DNA from: an uncultured Verrucomicrobiota bacterium
GTDB taxonomy: Bacteria; Verrucomicrobiota; Verrucomicrobiia; Methylacidiphilales; UBA1321
NCBI GenBank assembly: GCA_903863295.1
Contig: CAIPBM010000028.1
Span: 45,050-109,049 of the forward strand
Length of the DNA stretch: 64,000 nucleotides
Direction: 5' to 3'
Shown here: piece after piece, positions 8,815 to 18,522 of the stretch
How positions within the stretch are numbered: position 1 is the first letter of the stretch
Layout of the letters: each line of letters opens with the position of its first letter
Position numbers and translations under genes: made by a program
Notes under the pieces: generated by a model
Told to the model about the DNA's origin: nothing
Databases searched by the model: none
The model's input: the letters and a program-made list of their open reading frames with translations, nothing else

Positions 8815-11800
8815 ATGCCGGAGATCAAGGTGAAGAGCCAGTGGAACCCATCGCAATCGAGGCGTAGCGGGTCGGCGTTGATTGTTGTTCTGGTCATGGT
8901 CGTTCTCCTGACCATTCTGATGCTGACCTACTTGTTGTCATCCACCGCCGATCGCAAGTTATCCAACAGCAGCCTGAACCAGACGATTGCCGATCAGCTT
9001 GCCCGCAGTGCCACGGACGTCATTATTGGCGACCTCAAGGAAGAGATCATCAACCCCGGGCCGGGCTCGGGCGGCTATAATACGATTACTTCCGTAGGCC
9101 CAACGGGAGCCCAGACCACGATCTCGATTCCGCAACTGCAGAATAACATCTACGGCACGATGATGCCCACCCGCAGTGGTAATCCCGCTCTGGTCGCTGG
9201 CGTCGATCCCATTCCAAATCTGGTGCGGATCAGCAACCGGAATGACCCGGTCGGTAATTCAACCACCAGTACACTGGTGGGAAGCCGCGCCTCTGCCGCC
9301 AGTTCATCGACGGCTTCGTCAAATGGACGCTCGGTCAGCGCCAAGCGCTGGAACGCTCATTTTCTCATCCCGCTCCAAACTCCGGGGAGTACCGCGGTGA
9401 GCGCGACGGCGCCCGATAGCACTCCTGCTGCCTCAGCGAAATTTACCGTGCCGGACTGGGTCTTTGTCACCAGCGACCAAGGGCCAACGGTCATCACCGC
9501 GCCCAGTACCAAAGTTGTCGGACGCTACGCCTACGCGATTTTCGATGAAGGCGGACTCCTGGATGTCAACGTGGCGGGAAGCCCGTCCGCGATGAAGGCG
9601 CTCCAGTTCGATAACAAGAGCACGTTGGCACTCATTGATTTGACGAAGCTACTGGATGCGAGTGGGAACCAGCTCATCCCCACGGCCGCTGCCGATACCC
9701 TGGTCGGCTGGAGAAACTACGCGTCGCTTCAGTCTAATTTTGTCTCAGGCACCGATTCGCTTTCCGGGCAATTTCCGACGGGATTCACGCTCACAGCCCG
9801 CAACAAATCCGATTTTTTCTTTAACTTTGGCCGGGGCAGTTCGACCGCTTATTTGAAAGCCAATAACCTGGCCTCCAGCACCAACCTAACCGATCAGCTT
9901 TTCCTCAGCCGCCAGCAACTCCTTTCCCTCCAGTTTGCCCTCCAGCAAACGGTCGGATTCTCTCCCAGCGCGCTCCAATATTTGACCACCTTCTCCCGGG
10001 GGCTCGATCAGCCCTCCTATACCCCCGATCCCGCTCGTCCCAAGACCCAGAGTTACACCTCAGGCACGGATCCGGCGACGGTTACGCCAAATGGAGCCAA
10101 TACGGCGGCGGGCAATGACGATTACATCAATCCCAGTTACCTGGCCGTCCGGGTCTGGCAGCCTTTGACCGCCGGTCGCAACGACGGAACCGACCTCACC
10201 CTCGGCGAGCCCCTGGTCAAAAAGCGCTTTGCCCTCAACCGTCTCGCATGGCTGACTTACAAGGGGCCTCTTTCGGACGGGTCAAACACCGGAACCGCGA
10301 CGACAAACACGCAGGTCAACGCGGATGCAGACCTGCAATTGATCGCCAAATATCTGCATGACAACTATGGCCTCAGCTACGCTTTCCTTTCCAAGGGAAC
10401 CAAGAACAATATCTACAATTACTTCGGTTTGAGTTGGGTGCCCGACAGCCGTACGACGCCGCTAGGGAATGGTCAGAGTAAATGGTTCTATAATCATTCC
10501 AATTCCAACGCTACCGGTCCCTTTACCGCCTTACCGACAACAGGCTTCGGCGGTCCCATCATGCGCGTGGGACGTCCTGCCGCTGTGACAGCCCAGGATC
10601 CCGCGACCTATGTCGAGGATTTAGGTTATAATGGAACCGGGACGGCGAGGGAGCCTGACTTCTTTGAGCTACTCAAGGCCACCATCGTCGCTGGATCGAA
10701 AGGAAGGAACGCGACGCTGCAAGTTCCCTTTGCCAGTATCGGCGGAAAAGTCATTTTCACCACCCAGCCGAACCCGGACGACTTTCAAAATAAAATGGAC
10801 TCTTCCCTGGAATTTCAAACCATCCAGATTGGGGCCAACATTATTGAGCAATCCCGCCTCGATGGCTATACCGTCCAAATACTTTATAATGATGGTAGTA
10901 TCACGGCGACCAGGGAGTTTTCCGGGACTGAAAATCTACCCTATATCTACGGGATACGCACGGGCATGGTACAAGGAAAGGCCCCGGTAATTACAAATCC
11001 ACCTATTCCAACTGCAGCCCCTCCCTATAACGCCTACACGACAACGCCGTCACCACTCCCCACCATCACGGACACCGGCTACAGCGTCGCGATGCAATTT
11101 CCGATTGTCTGGAATCCCCAGGATCAAAACTGCCTTCGTTGTGCGGTTGATCCTACGACGCAAAAATTTTTAACCGACCATCTAAACAAGCCGCTTTTTC
11201 CCACTAGTTTTCGCATCGTTGCCGATTCAGTCGATCCAGATCACATCAACGCCTCGGGAACAGGCTATAGCACGATCGGATTTCAACTCTATAACCAGTA
11301 TGCGACCAGCAATATTCAAACCTATAATGTTAATGCTACGAATGTGACGAAGTCCTACTTCACCAGCGCTAATGTGCCACTCAACGCCCCATTTACCCAA
11401 GCAAGCCAGCTTAATAATAACCCACCAACCCAGTTTACGCTCACGGCGGAAAGCACGGCGCTTACCTTTACCGTCGATGACAATACTTACCCGAGTGCCC
11501 AGACGTTTTTTAGAGAACCAACCTTCCTGATTTCACCGAACGTTCCGCCTAATTCCTCTCTTAAAGCAGGGGGCTCAACGAATTGCCTGAATCCCTTGGC
11601 TGTGCAAGCAACTTTAAATCCACCAACCAGTGTGTTCCCTAGTTTACAGTCTTCCAGCTATATGGATACGAGCACGGGTGCGCTTAAAACTACCGATAGC
11701 GCCAACGGCAACGCCTACCTTAATCTGAATCCAATTCTCGGTTTTTATTTGGGAACTTATCCGGGAGCCTATTATTGGGATGCCACCTATGCTGGTTTTC

Positions 11801-13515
11801 CTGCCCAAACCTACAAGTATACCCTTTGGACGAGTGGCACCACCAGCTCGGTTAAGGCAAACTTCAAACTCGCAGCGGTTCCTGATTCTTGCGACCCCGT
11901 GAGCACACCGGCGATTACCTACCGGATGCAGTATGAGACGACGCCCGGATCTGGGGTTTGGGTGACCTATGATTCAAAATATGTCTTTACCCTAATGAGC
12001 CCGGATATAGAGCTTACGAATTATAATGATGCGACTTACCCCTCTGGAACGGCCCTGACGACCCGCGGGCATTGTACGGGCTATGATCCCCGAACCAATC
12101 GCTTTAGCATGCCATTTCAAGTGCTCGGCCCCGTCGATGCTCCTCCGGGAATGGCCTTAACTTCCTCCTATAGTCTTAAAGCTGCCCCAACCCAGCCCGG
12201 TACTCCCTGGTCGGCTGCAAATGCGACGACCTTCGGCTGGCTTAACGCCATCTCATCCAGAGGAACCGGTACGACGGTTAGTAATGAAATCATGACGATG
12301 CGTCCGGATATCGCCTTGGGCTATTACATGGGATTTGGATCAACCGGAAATGCAACCTTGGACGCTCAGTTTCCAGAGGCTCAGGGGTGGACTCTGAACA
12401 CGCCTCACACGCCAGACGTGAATTTTCCTGCCACCTCTTATTACGCAACATTTTTTGGACTATTTCAGATTAACAGTTCTCAATACACGCCATCCAAATA
12501 TCCGACTCTGGAGACAGCTCAAAGCGCTGCAAATATACCGGCGGCTATCAACTCAACCTTTCGTCCCACGGGTGCCCAATACTATGCCGATCCCGATGGT
12601 GTGGTGCGCCGGGGCATGGGTGCTTACTTTTCCGATTCAACGGCAACAGTAAGCACGTCCACGACTCCCGGGCTTTATCCCGGTCTCCCAATGGCCACCG
12701 CGAGCAATGTTCAAACCGACGGTTCCAACTACGCCGCTCAGCAGGCGCAGAGCCGTCCCATCATCCTGCATCGCCCTTTCCGGTCCGTAGCAGAACTCGG
12801 CTATGTCTTCTCGGGAACCCCATGGAAAAATCTCGATTTCTTTACTCCGGAAAGCGGGGATGCGCCGCTGCTCGATGTCTTTTGCATCGATGACTCTGAT
12901 AACTCAACTGGGCTGGTGGCGGGTAAAGTAAATCTGAACACCCGCCAGCTTCCGGTGCTCCAAACTGTCTTGTCCGGAGCCTATAAAGATGAAGAGAACT
13001 ATTACTTGGGAAACAATAAACCCGGGACTTCCACCTATGCGTCTTCCTACAGTCCGCTGACCACTCTGACGGGACCGACGAGCAATACCGAAGCTAACTT
13101 GATCGCCAAGGCTCTCATCGCCCGAACTACCGGAACCACCCTTGGCTCGGGTCCGTTAGTCTATATCAGCGATCTGGTTGGCCGCTATACGGCAGGGCAA
13201 AACAATGCCTACGGACAACCCTACGATGGATTCAGTAGCGATCTTAACTCGAGCGTGTTCAAAAATTCCGCCACGGTAAGCTCTCAGATTCAGCGTTTCC
13301 GTGAAGCACCGATCCGGGCGCTCTCCGCCGTCGGCCAGACCCGCGTCTGGAATTTGTTGATTGATGTCGTCGCCCAAAAAGGACGCTTTCCCACCACGGC
13401 GACAACCCTCGATAATTTCAATGTCGAGGGCGAGCAGCGGTACTGGGTTCATGTGGCCATTGATCGTTTTACGGGACAAGTCATCGACAAACAAATTGAG
13501 GTTGTACACGAGTGA
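8815..13515 (+). CDS. Giant GspK/PilX-like minor pseudopilin fused to a roughly 1300-residue Ser/Thr/Asn-rich extracellular region (putative pilus-tip adhesin)
   Basis: N-terminus MPEIKVKSQWNPSQSRRSGSALIVVLVMVVLLTILMLTY resembles the GspK-type non-canonical prepilin helix (G-x-A-L-I-x-V-L, no Glu5). A GspK-like motif VAGKVNLNTRQLPVLQTVL lies near the C-terminus. The long low-complexity middle is rich in T/S/N. The ORF track starts at GTG 8785; the first ATG is at 8815. The stop overlaps the next gene. Confidence 0.55.
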   Translation: MPEIKVKSQWNPSQSRRSGSALIVVLVMVVLLTILMLTYLLSSTADRKLSNSSLNQTIADQLARSATDVIIGDLKEEIINPGPGSGGYNTITSVGPTGAQTTISIPQLQNNIYGTMMPTRSGNPALVAGVDPIPNLVRISNRNDPVGNSTTSTLVGSRASAASSSTASSNGRSVSAKRWNAHFLIPLQTPGSTAVSATAPDSTPAASAKFTVPDWVFVTSDQGPTVITAPSTKVVGRYAYAIFDEGGLLDVNVAGSPSAMKALQFDNKSTLALIDLTKLLDASGNQLIPTAAADTLVGWRNYASLQSNFVSGTDSLSGQFPTGFTLTARNKSDFFFNFGRGSSTAYLKANNLASSTNLTDQLFLSRQQLLSLQFALQQTVGFSPSALQYLTTFSRGLDQPSYTPDPARPKTQSYTSGTDPATVTPNGANTAAGNDDYINPSYLAVRVWQPLTAGRNDGTDLTLGEPLVKKRFALNRLAWLTYKGPLSDGSNTGTATTNTQVNADADLQLIAKYLHDNYGLSYAFLSKGTKNNIYNYFGLSWVPDSRTTPLGNGQSKWFYNHSNSNATGPFTALPTTGFGGPIMRVGRPAAVTAQDPATYVEDLGYNGTGTAREPDFFELLKATIVAGSKGRNATLQVPFASIGGKVIFTTQPNPDDFQNKMDSSLEFQTIQIGANIIEQSRLDGYTVQILYNDGSITATREFSGTENLPYIYGIRTGMVQGKAPVITNPPIPTAAPPYNAYTTTPSPLPTITDTGYSVAMQFPIVWNPQDQNCLRCAVDPTTQKFLTDHLNKPLFPTSFRIVADSVDPDHINASGTGYSTIGFQLYNQYATSNIQTYNVNATNVTKSYFTSANVPLNAPFTQASQLNNNPPTQFTLTAESTALTFTVDDNTYPSAQTFFREPTFLISPNVPPNSSLKAGGSTNCLNPLAVQATLNPPTSVFPSLQSSSYMDTSTGALKTTDSANGNAYLNLNPILGFYLGTYPGAYYWDATYAGFPAQTYKYTLWTSGTTSSVKANFKLAAVPDSCDPVSTPAITYRMQYETTPGSGVWVTYDSKYVFTLMSPDIELTNYNDATYPSGTALTTRGHCTGYDPRTNRFSMPFQVLGPVDAPPGMALTSSYSLKAAPTQPGTPWSAANATTFGWLNAISSRGTGTTVSNEIMTMRPDIALGYYMGFGSTGNATLDAQFPEAQGWTLNTPHTPDVNFPATSYYATFFGLFQINSSQYTPSKYPTLETAQSAANIPAAINSTFRPTGAQYYADPDGVVRRGMGAYFSDSTATVSTSTTPGLYPGLPMATASNVQTDGSNYAAQQAQSRPIILHRPFRSVAELGYVFSGTPWKNLDFFTPESGDAPLLDVFCIDDSDNSTGLVAGKVNLNTRQLPVLQTVLSGAYKDEENYYLGNNKPGTSTYASSYSPLTTLTGPTSNTEANLIAKALIARTTGTTLGSGPLVYISDLVGRYTAGQNNAYGQPYDGFSSDLNSSVFKNSATVSSQIQRFREAPIRALSAVGQTRVWNLLIDVVAQKGRFPTTATTLDNFNVEGEQRYWVHVAIDRFTGQVIDKQIEVVHE

Positions 13516-14252
13516 AGAGCATAAAATCACCCATCATTCTGGCTGGTATGAGTGGGGCCCTTATCTCCGTTCTGGCCTGGGGACAAGACGCGTCCCAACC
13601 TCCCGCGTTACCGCCTGGACCGTTACTGGCCAGGCCGGAGTCCGCCCAATGGCAGGTAACGATGTCACAGGAGAAAACCGCGAATGTGGGAAGTGACAGC
13701 GCGGTGATCAAAGTAAAGTCGGTGGTGGTGCAGGGTAAAATCCGGCATGAAGAATCCAAAGACGCCTCGGGATTTCAATTAACCATCTGGTGCGAGGGAA
13801 AGAACGAGTACTACAAAACCTCAAGCTCGGACCGATTCTTCATTTGCTCGCCTAATCTTGTCTCGATCTATATCGATAATTCCAAGCAGGTCTTTACGGA
13901 ACTCGACTGGCTCCGCCGTGAGAATTTCGTCGGCATCAAAAATATCAATGGCAAGCCCTGCCTGGTCTTTGGTGAAGCATTCCAGGCGCTTCCGGCAGGT
14001 AAAATCGGTGAGCTGCTGGCACCCGAAACCGTGGAGAACAATCATTTCAAAAAGGCTGAACTTCCACGAATTGCCTATATCGATATGGAAACCCGCCTGC
14101 CTCTCTATTATCAAGATGGTGCCGGCAACTATGTATATCAGTTTGGGCCCACACCCGATGCGCCGCTGGTACTTCCGGACGAGATTGTCACGATGTTGAA
14201 AAGGCAGGAAGCGCTGACGAAACAATTGAGCAAGCAGCCCGCACGATCCTGA
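13512..14252 (+). CDS. Hypothetical secreted protein (Sec signal peptide), translationally coupled to the pseudopilin genes
   Basis: GTG start overlaps the upstream TGA stop (GTGA). Signal peptide MKSIKSPIILAGMSGALISVLAWGQDA. No recognisable catalytic motif. Confidence 0.45.
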   Translation: MKSIKSPIILAGMSGALISVLAWGQDASQPPALPPGPLLARPESAQWQVTMSQEKTANVGSDSAVIKVKSVVVQGKIRHEESKDASGFQLTIWCEGKNEYYKTSSSDRFFICSPNLVSIYIDNSKQVFTELDWLRRENFVGIKNINGKPCLVFGEAFQALPAGKIGELLAPETVENNHFKKAELPRIAYIDMETRLPLYYQDGAGNYVYQFGPTPDAPLVLPDEIVTMLKRQEALTKQLSKQPARS

Positions 14253-14265
14253 GCTGTATCGATCC

Positions 14266-15042
14266 ATGAATGAAAACAGCTTAGCCTCAAATCTGAGAGC
14301 CCGGAGTCAAGTCAGGCGGGCTTTCAGCCTGGTTGAGTTGCTCGTGGTCATGGCCATCATCGCGATTCTCGTCGGGTTGAGTGTCGCCTCCATTAAGGGG
14401 CTCCAGGATTCGGGAAATATCACGCAAGCCGCGAACAACATCACCGGTGTCCTCGAAAACGCTCGGGCCTATGCTATGGCCAACAATACCTACGTCTGGG
14501 TGGGATTTTACGAGGAAGCCACCACGTCGGCCGGAGCGAGCGCCCTTCACAATCAAGCTCCCCCCTATAAGGCCCCGGCTGTCGGTCGTCTGGTCATCGG
14601 GGTGGCGGCCGCGCTTGACGGGACCAGCAGCCTTACAACCACCAACCTTACCGCGGTACAGAAATTGACCATCATTCCCAACATCCACTTGACGAATATC
14701 AACACGACCCTGGCACCGGCGGCCAGCAACACCAGTCTGCCCAACAACCTCGCTGGCCGACCGCTGGCCGATAGCTTTCTGGATAGCGAGGATTCAAGCA
14801 CGAGCTCCGAATTGCCCTCCGCCACAGAAAGCTTCCAATTGAATAACTACCAATTTTATAAAGCGATTTGTTTCAATCCACAGGGCGGTGCAGAAATGGA
14901 AACGCCGAACAAAGTGCTGCAACATGCCATTGAAATCGGCTTGGTTCCCACTCATAACGGCGCGGTCAATACCACAACAAAAAACCTCGTCGCACTGCAG
15001 ATAACTGGGGCAGTGGGAAGCGTGAAAATCTACCGGCAATGA
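14266..15042 (+). CDS. Prepilin-type N-terminal cleavage/methylation domain protein, FimT/GspH-like minor (pseudo)pilin
   Basis: Class III signal RRAFSLVELLVVMAIIAILVGL, with Glu at +5 and Ala rather than Gly at -1. The following segment NITGVLENARAYAMANNTYVWVGF resembles the GspH/FimT block. Confidence 0.7.
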   Translation: MNENSLASNLRARSQVRRAFSLVELLVVMAIIAILVGLSVASIKGLQDSGNITQAANNITGVLENARAYAMANNTYVWVGFYEEATTSAGASALHNQAPPYKAPAVGRLVIGVAAALDGTSSLTTTNLTAVQKLTIIPNIHLTNINTTLAPAASNTSLPNNLAGRPLADSFLDSEDSSTSSELPSATESFQLNNYQFYKAICFNPQGGAEMETPNKVLQHAIEIGLVPTHNGAVNTTTKNLVALQITGAVGSVKIYRQ

Positions 15043-16160
15043 AGCTTTCTCCAAACAGGGAAGACGGCTCAAGCCGGTATCGCTACACGAAGACCGCCAT
15101 TCTCCGGCACATGTTCTTGGCTCCAGATGGAATGGTGACGAAACAGCGCACTGCGCGGAGGGGCTTTACCCTGGTGGAACTCCTCGTCTCCATGACCATC
15201 CTCATTGTTCTGGGCGCCGTCATTCTCCAGATCTTGAGCGCCACGACCAAGGCGACGCTCTATAGTTACAAACACATGGATACCGATACCCAGGCCCGCA
15301 CCGTTTTTGATCGCATGGCCATCGATTTCGGGCGCATGGTGATTCGGAAAGATGTTGATTACTATATCAAGCAGGCCGTCGCCTCCTCGGTGCCAACGGG
15401 AGCTACCGGTTACCCCGACCAGTACAAGGCCGTCAATGCTGAACTCGCTACGGCGGGCGTTCCCGGTAATGATCAAATCGCCTTCTATAGTGAGGTGCCC
15501 GGTTACTACCCGGCCACGGGAACGACCAGCGCCCAAAGTCAGCTCTCCCTCGCGGCGTATCGCATCAATGCCGATGCTACCTCTACCCGATATAATACCA
15601 TGGAACGCCTCGGTAAGGGGCTGGTTTGGACTTCGACCAGCAACACGAATATCGCCAACGGTATTGACGTTCCGATTGTTTTTTATCCCACCACGCTGGC
15701 CACCATCTGGCCCCAGGCGGCCAGCGCCACCGCCACAGATTCAAACAATGACTATGAAGCAATCGGGCCGGAAGTCTTCCGCTTTGAGTATTACTATAAT
15801 CTTAAGAAATCGACATCCAGCACGTTGACCAACTTTCTCAGCAATACACCCTGGGATTCGACACTGACCAATCACACATCACTCAATGGCTGGCAGGACG
15901 TGGCCTCCATCACGGTCGTCATCGCGGTGGTGGATTCGAGAACGCGCCCCTTGCTGACTCAAAATCAAATCACGACCTTGGCTGGAAACATGGTCGACTT
16001 CGATTCCACCAACACTCGCACCTGGACGCCGGGACAACTGGAATCCTCCTGGCGTACCGCCATCCAGACCGCCATAACCCAGAATGCGATTTCTGCTCCC
16101 CTGGCGACCCATATTCGTGTTTATAGCCGGACGTTTTACTTGAACACGCCCACGCCTTGA
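15039..16160 (+). CDS. Prepilin-type N-terminal cleavage/methylation domain protein, PilW/GspJ-like minor (pseudo)pilin
   Basis: ATG overlaps the upstream TGA (ATGA). Canonical RRGFTLVELLVSMTILIVLGAV. The following ATTKATLYSYKHMDTDTQARTVFDRMAIDFGRMV resembles the PilW/GspJ helical extension. Confidence 0.7.
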   Translation: MKLSPNREDGSSRYRYTKTAILRHMFLAPDGMVTKQRTARRGFTLVELLVSMTILIVLGAVILQILSATTKATLYSYKHMDTDTQARTVFDRMAIDFGRMVIRKDVDYYIKQAVASSVPTGATGYPDQYKAVNAELATAGVPGNDQIAFYSEVPGYYPATGTTSAQSQLSLAAYRINADATSTRYNTMERLGKGLVWTSTSNTNIANGIDVPIVFYPTTLATIWPQAASATATDSNNDYEAIGPEVFRFEYYYNLKKSTSSTLTNFLSNTPWDSTLTNHTSLNGWQDVASITVVIAVVDSRTRPLLTQNQITTLAGNMVDFDSTNTRTWTPGQLESSWRTAIQTAITQNAISAPLATHIRVYSRTFYLNTPTP

Positions 16161-18424
16161 TCTATCTCATGCGTTCCCCAATGGAAAAAATCGATGTCGA
16201 TGGTTCGCCTTATAAATTCATCCGGCGAACTTGGAGTGTCGTGGCGGCGATCAGCCTGGCCTTGATCTCAACGGCACCGGCTCTGGATATCCCACCCATC
16301 AATTCCGATTTTCTCTCCCGTCACGATTTGCTTTGGGATCAGATGCCGCCCGACTGGGCTTCGGGCGCATTTCAGGGAAATGGATTGTTAGGCGCGATGA
16401 TTTCGCAGCAACCGAATTCCAATAACCTTCGCTGGCACATCGGACGAACCGATGTCTATTTTACCGCCAAGCCGGGCAATCAGTACCGTGTGCCAATCGG
16501 TGATTTGGTTTGGCCGTTGAATCAGCCTCCCGTCTCCTTTTCCATGCGCCTTGACCTGTGGAACGCGGAGGTTGTGGGGACGCTCAAGCCGGATGCCGGG
16601 ACGGAACTAAAATGGAATTCCTTTACCGCCAGCGGAATGCCGGTCCAGGTCATCCGAATCACGAGTGTCGCGGGCAACTTGCCACAAATGGAATGGCATC
16701 CTGCCCCAGCCGTAAACGCCCGCGCCATCATTCGCAAAGAGGTGATCCCGCCGGAGGAGATCAATCCAAGTCCAGTGATCTCGAAGGATGGCGACATCTC
16801 CTACTCGCTCCAATCGCTGCGCGACGGCAATGAGTATGTGACCGCATGGACCCAGGTGGCCTCTCAAGACAGTGAGACCTATTATTTAACGGTCGCCTTT
16901 GCGCCCGCAGGAAAGGCCAAGGCCCAGGCCACGGAGACGATTCATCAGGCCTTGAAAACCGGCTATGATGCGATCTTGGAAAAGCATCAAGCCTGGTGGC
17001 ACTTTTACTGGAATCAAAATTGGATTTCCTTAACCGATACCCGCCTCGAAAGTTACTATGAAATCCAGCTCTATAAGCTGGCCTCCGCCACGCGTGAAGA
17101 CACCACCCCGATCGATCTGATGGGCCCTTGGTACCGGGAAAGTCCCTGGTTGAAGACCTGGTGGAACTTAAACATCCAGCTCACCTACTGGCCCATCTAT
17201 GCAGGTAATCATCTGGAACTCGGGGATCCCCTGCTGCGCATGCTCGATCAGCACCACGATGCCTTCGCCGCGAATGCAAAACCCTACGAGCAGGACTCCA
17301 TGACCATCGGCAGAACGAGCGGTCCAGATGCCCTCTCGCCGGGCGGTCGGGAGCTTTGTAATTTCCCGTGGATTCTTCACAATTACTGGCTGCAATATCG
17401 CTACAGCATGGATGAAGCGATGTTGCGCGACCGGCTTTATCCCTTATTGAAAGGTGCGACCAATTACTACATGCATTTTCTTAAGATGGGGCCGGATGGA
17501 AAACTCCATCTCATCTCGGGACTTTCACCTGAGTATCATAAAGACGCCAATCACCCCGATTGTAATATAGATCTCGCGCTGCTGCGTTGGCTTTGCCAGA
17601 CACTCATCGAAACGGCGACCAAATTCAATCTGGACCCGGAGATGATCCCCAAGTGGAAGGAGACGCTGGAAAATCTCGCTCCCTATCCGGTCAACGAAAA
17701 AGGCCTCATGGTTTCCGCGGATACCTCCTTCGATCTATCCCACCGCCATTATTCGCACCTGCTCATGATCTATCCGCTTGGTCTCATGAATTGGGAGAAC
17801 CCGCAAGACCGGCCCTTGATGGAAAAATCATTTGAGAATTGGACGAGCATGACCGAGGGATTCCGCGGCTTCTCGTTTACCGGGGCCGCAGCCATTCTCG
17901 CGCGCATGGGCAAGGCCGATGAAGCCGAGCAATGGCTGCAAAAGTGGGTCAACGATGGCAAGATACCCTACCCGATGTCGCCGACCACCATGTACGCGGA
18001 AGCGGGACCCGTCATCGAGACGCCGCTTTCGGGTGCGGAGGCCTTGCAGGAATTTTTGCTCCAAAGCTGGGGCGATAAAATCCGGGTCTTTCCTGCCATT
18101 CCCAAGGATTGGCCCGACGTCGCTTTCTACCACATGAGGGCCGAAGGAGCTTTTCTCATCAGTGCCTGTCGGGTCCATGGCAAGACGCGGACGATCCAGG
18201 TCGAAAGTTTGGCCGGAGCGCCCTGCCGAATTGAGACCGACCTGCTCGATCCCCAAACCGATCACCCGGTTCACCTGAAAAAGATCGGGCCCAACCTGTA
18301 TGAGCTTTCTTTGAAAAAAGGCGAATCCGTTACCCTATTCGCCGGAACGGATTCGACGCCTCATCCCATTGCGCCTGTCCGTCCCAACCCCAAACTCGTG
18401 AACAGTTTCGGGCTTAAAGGGTAA
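16157..18424 (+). CDS. GH95-like six-hairpin glycoside hydrolase (putative alpha-L-fucosidase family), secreted
   Basis: Start overlaps the upstream stop by 4 nt. N-terminal block LLWDQMPPDWASGAFQGNGLLGAMISQ matches the GH95 N-terminal signature LW..P..W.EALP.GNG.LGAMV. Signal-like hydrophobic segment VVAAISLALISTAPA. Total 755 aa. Confidence 0.5.
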   Translation: MIYLMRSPMEKIDVDGSPYKFIRRTWSVVAAISLALISTAPALDIPPINSDFLSRHDLLWDQMPPDWASGAFQGNGLLGAMISQQPNSNNLRWHIGRTDVYFTAKPGNQYRVPIGDLVWPLNQPPVSFSMRLDLWNAEVVGTLKPDAGTELKWNSFTASGMPVQVIRITSVAGNLPQMEWHPAPAVNARAIIRKEVIPPEEINPSPVISKDGDISYSLQSLRDGNEYVTAWTQVASQDSETYYLTVAFAPAGKAKAQATETIHQALKTGYDAILEKHQAWWHFYWNQNWISLTDTRLESYYEIQLYKLASATREDTTPIDLMGPWYRESPWLKTWWNLNIQLTYWPIYAGNHLELGDPLLRMLDQHHDAFAANAKPYEQDSMTIGRTSGPDALSPGGRELCNFPWILHNYWLQYRYSMDEAMLRDRLYPLLKGATNYYMHFLKMGPDGKLHLISGLSPEYHKDANHPDCNIDLALLRWLCQTLIETATKFNLDPEMIPKWKETLENLAPYPVNEKGLMVSADTSFDLSHRHYSHLLMIYPLGLMNWENPQDRPLMEKSFENWTSMTEGFRGFSFTGAAAILARMGKADEAEQWLQKWVNDGKIPYPMSPTTMYAEAGPVIETPLSGAEALQEFLLQSWGDKIRVFPAIPKDWPDVAFYHMRAEGAFLISACRVHGKTRTIQVESLAGAPCRIETDLLDPQTDHPVHLKKIGPNLYELSLKKGESVTLFAGTDSTPHPIAPVRPNPKLVNSFGLKG

Positions 18425-18522
18425 GCCGCTCCCCCTAGACCGCTGCAGGGTATAAGTTTAACTCCTTAGGCTTTGCAAGTTTTTTATGGTAATTCACGAG
18501 AATAGTGTGAATACTCAAGGGC

